This document shows, piece by piece, positions 27,780 through 36,234 of a stretch of 64,000 nt of DNA; the stretch's first letter is position 1, and each line of letters opens with the position of its first letter. A program made the position numbers and the translations under genes. Below the pieces are notes generated by a model. The model ran no database searches, had not been told where the DNA came from, and saw only the letters and a list, made by a program, of their open reading frames with translations. The stretch lies in NCBI GenBank assembly GCA_016179765.1, contig JACPCL010000031.1, positions 341-64,340 on the forward strand. The letters run 5' to 3'. The DNA comes from Chloroflexota bacterium (GTDB lineage Bacteria > Chloroflexota > Dehalococcoidia > Lucifugimonadales > JACPCL1).

Positions 27780-28385
27780 ATGACAACGGCACAGGGTATC
27801 ACTGACCCGGTCCTGAGAACGGCAGACTACGTCCTATCCCGGTTGACTTCCTACTTTGGGAACCGCCCGGACCACTTCAAGACCTTCATGGACGGAAACT
27901 TGAAGGCAGAGGGCTGGCTTCCGGCCGAGGCCTACGTGGCCCTTACCGGCCCGGTCTCCCGCAGCGCCGTTAAGGTGAACCTGGTGCGCGGCAAAGCCCA
28001 GGGCAGCAGCAAGTTTGATCCAGACCTGGAGCTGGACATCAATAAGGAGTTCCACCAGCTAGCTGTAGTGCCGGTGCTCACCTCCGCGGACGAGCCTCTG
28101 TCTGCCCAGGTGGAAAAGAGCCTGGCCCCCTACTTTCAATGGCTAACTGGCCCCCTAGCTCCCCGGGCGATGCTGTATCTCCTGGTCTGGCCCGCCAGCA
28201 TTGAAGACGCCGATTGGAAGGCTGCCGTGACGAAGGTGGATCAGAAGTACCACGCCAAGCCTTTTGGCGAGATGCAGTTCGTGATCCCACGGCCACCGCG
28301 CCAGATGGTGCGCGGCTCCGCAGCCGTCTTCCTGCCCGCCAATCGCGTGCCGCCGCCTCCTGCGCCCTCCCGCTCACGAGAGTAA
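27780..28385 (+). CDS. Hypothetical protein, no recognisable family
   Basis: ATG 27780 is 8 nt after AGGAGG; ~201 aa; Pro-rich tail. Confidence 0.5.
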   Translation: MTTAQGITDPVLRTADYVLSRLTSYFGNRPDHFKTFMDGNLKAEGWLPAEAYVALTGPVSRSAVKVNLVRGKAQGSSKFDPDLELDINKEFHQLAVVPVLTSADEPLSAQVEKSLAPYFQWLTGPLAPRAMLYLLVWPASIEDADWKAAVTKVDQKYHAKPFGEMQFVIPRPPRQMVRGSAAVFLPANRVPPPPAPSRSRE

Positions 28386-28444
28386 GCGACCGGAGAGTCC
28401 ACCAAAAGCAGCCCCCGCCTTGAAGGCGGGGGCTGTGTTTATCG

Positions 28445-28549
28445 CAGGCTGTTGACCTCACCCCCTTCACTGCGTTCAGGGCTTCGGCTCACCAGGGCAG
28501 GCTCCGGGGCTTCGCCCCCCTGGACTCCCCTTTTTCCGCGGCCTGCTAA
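28445..28549 (+). mobile_element. Family A element (short form)
   Basis: CAGGCTGTTGACCTCACCCCC...TCCGCGGCCTG-CTAA. Confidence 0.65.
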
Positions 28550-28557
28550 GGAAAGAC

Positions 28558-29346
28558 TCAGGCTTTCTCTATTGCCTTCCGGAGTTTGTCCCCGTTCTCT
28601 CTCCACCATCCATACAGAATGGAGATGTCAGTGCCTATGGAAAAATGACGAACCCCCATGTCCAGGAACTCTTTCGCCTGCTCCACGCTTTGAATCTCCG
28701 CACGCGGAGGCACTCCCATGCGAAGAGCGGTCTGGAAGACGGTATTCCGAGCAACCAGAATCTCTGGGTCGTTACGTGAGCCTGCCTTCCCTGTACTGAC
28801 GGAGTAGTCCGCACCCCCCCACTGGACCATGTCTATCCCCGGTACGGACAGAATCTCTTCAAGGTTCTGCACCGCCTCCTTTTTCTCAATCATGATGGCA
28901 ACCACGATGTCCCTTAAAGCCTGCACGTATTCGGGGGTGCCTCCGTAGCCCATGTATGTGTGGCGTCGCATAGCAACACCATAGCTGCCCTTATCCTCAG
29001 GCGTTTCCGGGCGCACGATGCGGACACACTCTCGTACATCGTCTACCGAGCGGGAATCAGTGAACAGCACGCTGCTGAATCCGGCTCCTATTCCTCTTTG
29101 GGCCAGGAACGCCCGATGGCTCTGGTCAACCTTGATCATGGCCCCCATATTGTAAAGCTCGGCCGCACGGCAGAGGTTATCAAGGTCATGCAGGTCAAAG
29201 GGGGCGTACTCAGCCACAAACTCCACGTAGTCGTACAGTCCGGTGTGCCCAATGGCCTCCACAATGGAAGGCCAGGTGGTGTGAATGTGCGTGCTGACCG
29301 TGGGTTTACCAGCGTTGAGCTTCTCTCTTAACCTGTTTGGTCTCAC
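28558..29346 (-). CDS. HpcH/HpaI-family aldolase or lyase
   Basis: GTG 29346 follows GGAGG. N-terminus VRPNRLREKLNAGKPTV...; FDLHDLDNL and WGGADYS motifs. Visibly lower GC than its neighbours. Confidence 0.75.
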   Translation of the reverse strand: MRPNRLREKLNAGKPTVSTHIHTTWPSIVEAIGHTGLYDYVEFVAEYAPFDLHDLDNLCRAAELYNMGAMIKVDQSHRAFLAQRGIGAGFSSVLFTDSRSVDDVRECVRIVRPETPEDKGSYGVAMRRHTYMGYGGTPEYVQALRDIVVAIMIEKKEAVQNLEEILSVPGIDMVQWGGADYSVSTGKAGSRNDPEILVARNTVFQTALRMGVPPRAEIQSVEQAKEFLDMGVRHFSIGTDISILYGWWRENGDKLRKAIEKA

Positions 29347-29404
29347 GCTTCTGCCTCCAGTATTCGTGTTGTCCGAGCAACAGGGTATGCGTAGTTGTAC
29401 CTTT

Positions 29405-29443
29405 GAATCGTTGTGATGCGCCGTTGGCGCATCACAACGATTC
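29405..29443. repeat. Family C hairpin only, in the aldolase 5' leader
   Basis: GAATCGTTGTGATGCGCC-GTT-GGCGCATCACAACGATTC. Confidence 0.8.
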
Positions 29444-29460
29444 TTCAGATCATCTAGCAA

Positions 29461-29605
29461 TGCGCAATACATAATATGGGAGGTTTGCTTTCAGTACAAG
29501 CAAGCGCTTAGTGGGATACTGCATCCCCACCCCAGGGAAAAAGTATGAGGCATCTGGCCCGCCTTCGGCGGGCCAGATGCCTCATACATCTCTTTGGGCC
29601 ATGGG
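29461..29605 (-). promoter_or_regulatory. Terminator-promoter module, copy X. Minus-strand hairpin 29545-29585 followed by a T-run, then TTGTAC-17-TATTAT (29499-29471)
   Basis: ~145 bp aligns with 30888-31033 at roughly 85-90% identity by eye. Confidence 0.6.
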
Positions 29606-29677
29606 ACGAGATAGTCCCGTCCAGCAGCCTGCTAGGGGAAAACGAGCGCGGGGAACCCTACGCCTGCTCCCGTGCTA

Positions 29678-30853
29678 TCACGGAGCTTCCGGCAGCCAGC
29701 CTCCTGCCCGGGGGCCATAGTCCAGAGGCATGGGCGCTCCTGCGCGCACCGTGAGCAGGGGCACAACGCCTCTGTTTCCCCGCAACGTGGCTCCCTTGTT
29801 GTCATGGTAGAGGAAGTCGCCATCCACCAGCTTGAGCACCGAGATGTCGGCCTCTCTGCCCAGGGCCAGCGTGCCAAGGGTGCTCTCCATGTCAATAGCC
29901 CTGGCGGAGTTAACGGTGGTCATGCGCACCACCTCTTCCAGGGTGAACCCCAGGGCAAGAAAGCGGGACATGACCTCCGTAAGGCTCCCCACCAGGGTAT
30001 GGCGGCCAGGGATGGTGAGGTCGGTGCTGATGCAGTGGGGGCGATAGCCCTGGTCAATGATGCGCCTGGCGGCGTCAAAGCTGAAGTTGAAGCGGCCCTG
30101 GGCTGCATCCAGCGTCACGCCCGCCTCCAGCGCCTCACGCACCTCCGGGTAGACGCGCCCGTTGGCGTCCAGGATGTTGGCGGTGTTGCCGGTGAAGAAG
30201 TGGGTGACGATGTCGCCCCTTTCCACCAGCTTCAGCATCTGACGTGTAGTATCGGGCGACACGAAAGAGTCTGGGTCGCCGATGTGCACCATCAGGCGGG
30301 TACCCGTCTCGCGGGTGGCCTGTTTCGCCAGCCGGACGGCCTCGGCCCCCATGTCCCGGACGCCTGGGCCGACGAGGCGAATCTTCACGCCCAGGACGTG
30401 GGGCTTGTTTGCCTGGATGGCGGCAATGGTAGCGGGCACGTCTATGTCCTGGCGAGAGAACAGCTCTGGCGTGAAGGCAAGGCCCGTGCGCGCGATGTGC
30501 ACCAGGGCCAGGACGCGGGTTTTGGCCTTGGGAATGACGTAGCGGGCCATGCCGCCGATGGTGTGGGAGCCGCCGCTGCCGGCGTCTACCACGGTGCAGA
30601 CGCCGGCATAGACGCCGGCGATGTCCGGGTCTACGCCGTTTTGGGTGATGCCATCGTAGACGTGGGTGTGCAGGTCTATGAGGCCGGGCGTCACGTAGCA
30701 GCCCTTGACACTGATGACGCGGGCCGCCTCCGAAGGAGCGATGTCGGCAGCGATGGCCTGGATCCGGCTACCGGCTATCGCCACGTCCAGTTGCTGGTTG
30801 ACGCCGCTGGCGGGGTCAAGGAGGGCGCCGCCCTTGAGGAGCAGGTCGTACAT
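29678..30853 (-). CDS. Amidohydrolase-superfamily metallohydrolase (dihydroorotase/deacylase-like)
   Basis: MYDLLLKGGALLDP...GLIDLHTHVY (HxH metal motif). The track ORF starts earlier at 30958. Confidence 0.8.
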   Translation of the reverse strand: MYDLLLKGGALLDPASGVNQQLDVAIAGSRIQAIAADIAPSEAARVISVKGCYVTPGLIDLHTHVYDGITQNGVDPDIAGVYAGVCTVVDAGSGGSHTIGGMARYVIPKAKTRVLALVHIARTGLAFTPELFSRQDIDVPATIAAIQANKPHVLGVKIRLVGPGVRDMGAEAVRLAKQATRETGTRLMVHIGDPDSFVSPDTTRQMLKLVERGDIVTHFFTGNTANILDANGRVYPEVREALEAGVTLDAAQGRFNFSFDAARRIIDQGYRPHCISTDLTIPGRHTLVGSLTEVMSRFLALGFTLEEVVRMTTVNSARAIDMESTLGTLALGREADISVLKLVDGDFLYHDNKGATLRGNRGVVPLLTVRAGAPMPLDYGPRAGGWLPEAP

Positions 30854-30887
30854 GGGGTTGTCGCCTTTGCTTGTAGGTTTTTGGAGA

Positions 30888-31033
30888 TGCGCTATACATA
30901 GTATGGGAGGTTTACTTTCAGTACAAGCAAGCGTTTCGTGGGATGCTTGCATCCCCACCCCAGGAAGAAAATATGAGGAAACTGGCCCGCCAAAGGCGGG
31001 CCAGTTTCCTCATACATCTCTTGGGGTCTTGGG
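30888..31033 (-). promoter_or_regulatory. Terminator-promoter module, copy Y. Hairpin 30973-31013, then TTGTAC-17-TACTAT (30926-30898)
   Basis: Paralogous to 29461-29605. Hairpin stems differ by compensatory changes. Confidence 0.6.
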
Positions 31034-31039
31034 GCGAAA

Positions 31040-32260
31040 TTAGATTGTGCCTTGCTGCCTGAGCAGCACCAGGTCATCCCTGGTGTAGCCCAGTTCGCCG
31101 CAGAAGATTTCGCCGTTGTGCTGGCCCAGAAGAGGAGCGGGACGGCGCAGGCTCCAGGGAGCGCCGGGCAGCCGGAAGAGCTCACCGGGGAACATGAGCT
31201 TGCCCATCACGGGGTGGTCAACCTCGGCAAAGTAGCCGCGTTCATGAAGGGTGGGACAGCGGGCCAGGTCCTCCTGGGTCTGGACAACGCCGGCAACCCA
31301 GCCGTCGGCCATGGCGGCGTCAAAGAAGTCGTACTTCTTCATCTGCCGCAGCAGGGGCAGCACCAGGGCGTCAAACTCGGCGGCGCGCTCCTGGCGCTGT
31401 TGCGGGGTGGCAAACTGCGGCGCGTCTATCTCTGGGTGGCCGGTCAGGGCGGCGAACTCGGCCAGGGTGCCGCGCTGTCGCCCCTGCTGTGTGGAAGGGC
31501 CGATGTACCCGTCGGCGGCGGGCACGATGCCTTCAAAGCCGGCGCCCTTGAAGGAGCCGCCCTCCACCTTGGGGGCGCGGCGCTCTATCAGTCCGGCGTA
31601 GGAGTACCGGCTTATCGCCGTATAGTGGTGGGCGGCGGTGGCCTCGGCCAGGGAGAGGTCAACGTGCTGGCCCCGGCCATCCGCCTCCCGGGCGTACAGG
31701 GCTGCGGCGGTTGCATAGGCGGCGGTGATGCCGCCCATGTACAAGCTCTGCGGGTGGCCGTGCTTCAGCGGCTCCCGATCGTAGGCGCCGCTGGTGTACA
31801 TGAGGCCGCTCATGGCGTAGTACACGAGGTCGTTGCCCTGGTAGCCCCGGTGGGGGCCGCTCTGACCGAAGGGGGTGATGGAGGTGACCACCAGCCGGGG
31901 GTTGAGGCGCTCCAGCTCCTCGTATCCCAGGCCGATGCTTTGCAGGTAACCTGGCTGAGCGCTTTCTACGAGGACGTCCGCCTTGCCCAGCAGTTCCCGA
32001 AGCAACTCCTGGCCGGAAGGGGAGCCGACCTCAAGGGTGACGCCCCGCTTGTTGCAGTTCAGGTAAAGGAAGAGGAGGCTCTTTTCTGGGTGCGGGTCGT
32101 CGTGGAAGAAGGGGCCGGTGCGGCGGGTCTCGTCGCCGACCCGCGGCGGTTCCACCTTGACCACGTCGGCGCCGTAGTCGGCGAAATACTTGGTGCAGAA
32201 GGCGCCCGGCGCCCCCTGGCTGAGGTCTATGATGCGGTAGTTGCCAAAGGGTGTGGCCAT
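31040..32260 (-). CDS. Family III (CaiB/BaiF) CoA-transferase
   Basis: FGNYRIIDLSQGAPGAFCTKYFADYGADVVKVEPP is a typical N-terminus. Start could also be 32275. Confidence 0.85.
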   Translation of the reverse strand: MATPFGNYRIIDLSQGAPGAFCTKYFADYGADVVKVEPPRVGDETRRTGPFFHDDPHPEKSLLFLYLNCNKRGVTLEVGSPSGQELLRELLGKADVLVESAQPGYLQSIGLGYEELERLNPRLVVTSITPFGQSGPHRGYQGNDLVYYAMSGLMYTSGAYDREPLKHGHPQSLYMGGITAAYATAAALYAREADGRGQHVDLSLAEATAAHHYTAISRYSYAGLIERRAPKVEGGSFKGAGFEGIVPAADGYIGPSTQQGRQRGTLAEFAALTGHPEIDAPQFATPQQRQERAAEFDALVLPLLRQMKKYDFFDAAMADGWVAGVVQTQEDLARCPTLHERGYFAEVDHPVMGKLMFPGELFRLPGAPWSLRRPAPLLGQHNGEIFCGELGYTRDDLVLLRQQGTI

Positions 32261-32286
32261 GCTAGAACCCACCATGCCGCTCGTGC

Positions 32287-32435
32287 TTATCAGGCCGCTG
32301 AAAAACACCCCCAAACCCCCTCAAGGGGGTTCAAGGTATCCCCTTCGGGGATGGATTTATATCTGGGGGACACCCCCAGACCCCCGCCAAAGGGGCTTCG
32401 CCCCTCTGGACACCCCTTTTTCCGCGGCCTGCTAT
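32287..32435 (+). mobile_element. Family A element (AAAAACACCCCCAAACC subtype) between the two CoA-transferase genes
   Basis: TTAT-CAGGCCGCTGAAAAACACCCCC...TCCGCGGCCTG-CTAT. Its right flank supplies the stop of the upstream minus-strand gene. Confidence 0.75.
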
Positions 32436-33766
32436 ATCCCCAAGAGCTTCTTGTAGTCTGGGTCGTAGGCGGCGACCGTGCCTTGCTCTATCTGCCGCTC
32501 CACAGACTGGCCCCGGCCTGGGGGTTGCTGGTTGGCTGGCTCCTTGCCCAGGACGCCCAGGTCATACAGCTCCGCCAGGTCCTCCTCGGAGCGGCCAAGG
32601 AGGTCTCCCAGGATGAGCTCGTTGTGCTCGCCCAGCATGGGCGCGGGACGGCGGATAAAGGCGGGCGTGCGGGACATCCGCCAGGGGCGTCCCACGTAGA
32701 CGCGTGTGCCGATCTCTGCCTCCGGGTGGTGGGCCACCTTTTCAAAGAAGCCCCGTTCCTTCAAGTGGGGGTCCAGCAGCTCCTCTCTGGCGTTGTAGAC
32801 GGCGCCGGCGGGAACGCCCAGGGCCTGCAGCAGGCCCATGAGCTCAGTGTGGACGTAGCTCGCTGTCCACTGAGCGATGAAACGGTCTAGCTCCTCCCGG
32901 TGCTTCCAACGGGAGAGGGCGTCGGCGAACCGGTCGTCTTGCGCCCAGGGGGGGCTGCCCATTGCCTGGACTAATGCCTCCCACTGCTGGTCCGTCTCTA
33001 CCGCGATGGCGACCCACTGGTCGTCGCCTTTGCAGGGGTAGACGCCGTGGGGCGCGTAGTAGGGGTGGGTGTTGCCCATGCGTGCGCCGTTGCGCCCGTT
33101 GGCGATGAAGTCCAGCAGGGCGTCCCCCATGGTGGCGACGCCTATCTGGTACATGGAGAAGTCAATCCACTGGCCCTGGCCGGTCTGGTTGCGGTGCTCC
33201 AGGGCGGCCAGGAGGGCGAAGATGGCGGTCCAGCCCACGTGGAGGTCAAAGAAGGCGGCGCCCACCCGGCATGGGCCCTCATCCGGGTAGCCGGTGAACT
33301 GGCTAAGGCCGCAGGTCAGTTCAAACATGCGGCCAATGCCAGCGTAGCTGCGCCAGGGGCCGGTGTAGCCGAAGCCGGTGTTGGAGAGGTAGACCAGGTC
33401 GGGCTTGACCCTGCGGAGGTCCTCCCAGCCCAGGCCCAGGCGGTCCATGGCGCCAGCGCGGTTGTTTTCCACCAGCACGTCGCTGACGCGCACCAGGTCC
33501 TTGAACACCTCCACCGCCTCCTGCGCCCGCAGATTCAGGGTAACGCCCAGCTTGCTGCGCTGGAGGGCGTTAAAGCTGGCGTCCTGGTCCCAGTAGCGGG
33601 GGCCAGGCTTGCCATCGGGGAAGAGGCTGCCCTCGCCGCGGTACAGGGTGTGGCTGTCCACCTTGATGACCTCTGCCCCCATGTCCCCCATGAGGTGCAG
33701 GGCCGTGGGCATGGCCACCATGGTGGTGGAGTCTATGATACGTATGCCCTCTAGCGGGCCGTTCAT
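32432..33766 (-). CDS. Family III (CaiB/BaiF) CoA-transferase, second paralog
   Basis: MNGPLEGIRIIDSTTMVAMPTALHLMGDMGAEVIKVD; ATG 33766 follows GGAGG. Confidence 0.85.
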   Translation of the reverse strand: MNGPLEGIRIIDSTTMVAMPTALHLMGDMGAEVIKVDSHTLYRGEGSLFPDGKPGPRYWDQDASFNALQRSKLGVTLNLRAQEAVEVFKDLVRVSDVLVENNRAGAMDRLGLGWEDLRRVKPDLVYLSNTGFGYTGPWRSYAGIGRMFELTCGLSQFTGYPDEGPCRVGAAFFDLHVGWTAIFALLAALEHRNQTGQGQWIDFSMYQIGVATMGDALLDFIANGRNGARMGNTHPYYAPHGVYPCKGDDQWVAIAVETDQQWEALVQAMGSPPWAQDDRFADALSRWKHREELDRFIAQWTASYVHTELMGLLQALGVPAGAVYNAREELLDPHLKERGFFEKVAHHPEAEIGTRVYVGRPWRMSRTPAFIRRPAPMLGEHNELILGDLLGRSEEDLAELYDLGVLGKEPANQQPPGRGQSVERQIEQGTVAAYDPDYKKLLGI

Positions 33767-33846
33767 GGGAGGCCTCCGTGGAGGCAGCGCCTCGGATAGC
33801 AAGGGATGGTACGCCTGGTTTTCGCCAACGTCAACATGTCTTCCTC

Positions 33847-33882
33847 TATAATGCACCTCAGACTTCAGAGAGGTGCATTATA
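33847..33882. promoter_or_regulatory. Perfect 13-bp inverted repeat TATAATGCACCTC-N10-GAGGTGCATTATA in a divergent intergenic region
   Basis: Each arm carries a TATAAT facing outward. The right arm contains the GAGGTG RBS and its last base is the A of the dipeptidase ATG. Confidence 0.6.
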
Positions 33883-35015
33883 TGCTGAGCCAGCGGGCCC
33901 GGGATGTGCATTTTTCTTCCATCGTGGTGGACTGCCACGCGGACTCCATTGAGCGTGTTATAGATAAGGGCGAGGACATAGGGATGGCGACGGGCAAGGG
34001 GCACCTGGACCTGCCACGGATGCGGGAGGGGAACCTGGGGGCAGAGTTCTTTGCCTGTTTCGTACATCCTAATTTCATTCCAGAGGGGCGGTGCATCCGG
34101 CGCGTGCTGGACATGGCCGATGGGGTGAAGCAGCTTTGCGTCCGCTATCCGCAGGAGCTGGAGCTGGCGCGGACCGCTGGGGAGGTGCGCCGCATTGTGG
34201 GCGCCGGCAAGCGGGCGGCGGTCCTGTGCATAGAGGGGGGCCATGCCATTGAGGACAGCCTGGCGGTGCTGCGGACGTACCACGAGCTGGGCGTGCGGTA
34301 CATGACCCTCACCTGGAACAATAGCAATAACTGGGCCGACGGCTGCCTGGACCCGCCCCGTCACCACGGCCTGACGGATTTTGGCAGGGCGGTGGTACGG
34401 GAGATGAACCGCCTGGGGATGCTGGTGGATGTGTCCCACGTTTCCGAGGAGACCTTCTGGGACGCGGTCAAGGCCTCTGTCAAGCCGGTTATCGCGTCCC
34501 ACTCCTGCGCGTGGGAGCTGTGCCAGCACCCGCGCAACCTGAAGGATGAGCAGCTCAAGGCGGTGGCACAGATGGGCGGCGTGGTGTGCGTGACCTTTGC
34601 GCCGGGGTTTGTCTCCCCGGTGTTCAACGAGGCGCGTGTGGAGATGGAGGAGCACTTCCGCTGGCAGGCGCAGTACCTGGAGGCGGACCTGATCGGCCAG
34701 CCGGAGAAGCTGGCGCTGGCAAAAAAGGAGCTTCAGGCCAAGCAGGAGGAGCAAATCCACCGTGAGATGCCGCCGGTCAGTCTGTCCGAGATGGTAGACC
34801 ACATTGCGCACGTTGCGAAGGTGGCGGGGGTTGACCACGTGGGCCTGGGCTCTGATTTTGACGGAACCCTGGTGCTGCCGGTGGGGATGGAGGACTGCTC
34901 AAAGTTGCCTGCTATCACGGAGGAGCTGCTACGCCGGGGGTTCACCGAGGGGGACGTGCGCAAGGTGCTGGGGGAGAACGTGCTGCGGCTGATGGCGGAG
35001 GCTATTGGGCAATAG
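33882..35015 (+). CDS. Membrane (renal-type, M19) dipeptidase family
   Basis: VVDCHAD...MTLTWNNSNNWADG...VDVSHVS...GLGSDFDG motifs. Alternative GTG start at 33873. Confidence 0.85.
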   Translation: MLSQRARDVHFSSIVVDCHADSIERVIDKGEDIGMATGKGHLDLPRMREGNLGAEFFACFVHPNFIPEGRCIRRVLDMADGVKQLCVRYPQELELARTAGEVRRIVGAGKRAAVLCIEGGHAIEDSLAVLRTYHELGVRYMTLTWNNSNNWADGCLDPPRHHGLTDFGRAVVREMNRLGMLVDVSHVSEETFWDAVKASVKPVIASHSCAWELCQHPRNLKDEQLKAVAQMGGVVCVTFAPGFVSPVFNEARVEMEEHFRWQAQYLEADLIGQPEKLALAKKELQAKQEEQIHREMPPVSLSEMVDHIAHVAKVAGVDHVGLGSDFDGTLVLPVGMEDCSKLPAITEELLRRGFTEGDVRKVLGENVLRLMAEAIGQ

Positions 35016-36225
35016 AGGGCGCCTTCTGCCGGACCAGAAGGAGCGTGAGGATGCACAGGAGCTGGAGCCCGACGGAAAAGGCGACAAGCCCTGGGAGCCA
35101 GAGGTCGTAGAGGACGCCCATGACGGCGCTGCCAGCGAACCACGCCACACCAAAACCGGCGTTGAAAACGCCGTAGGCAGAGGCCCTTTTTTGAGCGGGC
35201 ACCATCTGGGCAACCGCCGCGCGCATGATGGACTCCTGCGCGCCCATGCCAACACCCCACAACACTGTTCCGAGAAGCGCCAGGCCAGCGCCGCCCCAGA
35301 AGACCAGTGGAGCGAAGAGGGCGGAGGCTGCCACTGCAAACATGAGCACAGGAAAGCCGCGGCGATCAAAGAGCCGCCCAAAGAGTAGGGCTGCCAGGGC
35401 GTCCACGCCCATGGCAACGGAAAAGAAGAGCGGGATCATGGAATCGGAGACGATGGCCGCCTTCTTGAAGTGGAAGGCGATGAGGGGGAAGTCGGCGTAG
35501 GCGGCTGCCACCAGGGCTATGGCGCCCAGGTAGAGCCAGAACGCCCTGGGCAGCCCTTTGCCTTCCAGCGACGGTGTGGCTGGGTCAAAGTCGCTGGGGC
35601 GCGGGTAAATAAGCCGCGCCGCCGCCAGCGTTGCCAAGGCGAGCAGGGCGGGAATCAGCAGAAATGCAAAGCCTGTGCGGTAGCCCTCACCCAGGTACAC
35701 CGCAGCCGCAACGATCAACGGCCCCGTAACGGCGCCTATCTGGTCCAGGGCCTCATGCAGGCCGAAGCCCCAGCCGTGTCCTACCTGCCGTGTGGCGTAG
35801 GAGAGCATGGCGTCGCGCGCCGGTGTGCGCACCGCTTTGCCGATGCGCTCCGCCATCATGAGGGCTACTGCTACCTGCCAGTTGCCTGCCAGGGCAAGGA
35901 GGGGAACGGCCAGCAGGTTGATGCAATACCCGAGGATGGTGATGGCCCAATAGCGTCGCGTCTTGTCGGCAAGGTATCCTGTGAGGAAGCGGAGGGCATA
36001 GCCCAACAGCTCGCCAAACCCGGCGGCGATGCCAACAACGGTTGCGCTTGCCCCTAGTACCGAGAGAAACGGCCCCGTGGCGCTCCTCGCTCCTTCATAG
36101 GTCATGTCGGCGAAGAGGCTCACGACGCCGACCAGGACAACGAACTTGAGCGCGCTCTTGGCGACCTTGTTGGACTGGCGTGGGACGCTTGGCGTGCCTT
36201 GTGCCATGGGGGGCCTCCTCCTCAA
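35002..36225 (-). CDS. MFS transporter
   Basis: ~12 hydrophobic helices. Start could be 36207. Confidence 0.8.
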   Translation of the reverse strand: MRRRPPMAQGTPSVPRQSNKVAKSALKFVVLVGVVSLFADMTYEGARSATGPFLSVLGASATVVGIAAGFGELLGYALRFLTGYLADKTRRYWAITILGYCINLLAVPLLALAGNWQVAVALMMAERIGKAVRTPARDAMLSYATRQVGHGWGFGLHEALDQIGAVTGPLIVAAAVYLGEGYRTGFAFLLIPALLALATLAAARLIYPRPSDFDPATPSLEGKGLPRAFWLYLGAIALVAAAYADFPLIAFHFKKAAIVSDSMIPLFFSVAMGVDALAALLFGRLFDRRGFPVLMFAVAASALFAPLVFWGGAGLALLGTVLWGVGMGAQESIMRAAVAQMVPAQKRASAYGVFNAGFGVAWFAGSAVMGVLYDLWLPGLVAFSVGLQLLCILTLLLVRQKAPSIAQ

Positions 36226-36234
36226 GGCGCGTTG

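Noticed and set aside
31040-33766. Calling the two family III CoA-transferases SmtA/SmtB or Mct of the 3-hydroxypropionate bi-cycle.
   Set aside because: The only support is family membership and adjacency. No malyl-CoA lyase-sized CitE homolog, propionyl-CoA synthase or other cycle genes are present, and the neighbours are hydrolases and a dipeptidase. I kept it only as an analogy to be tested.
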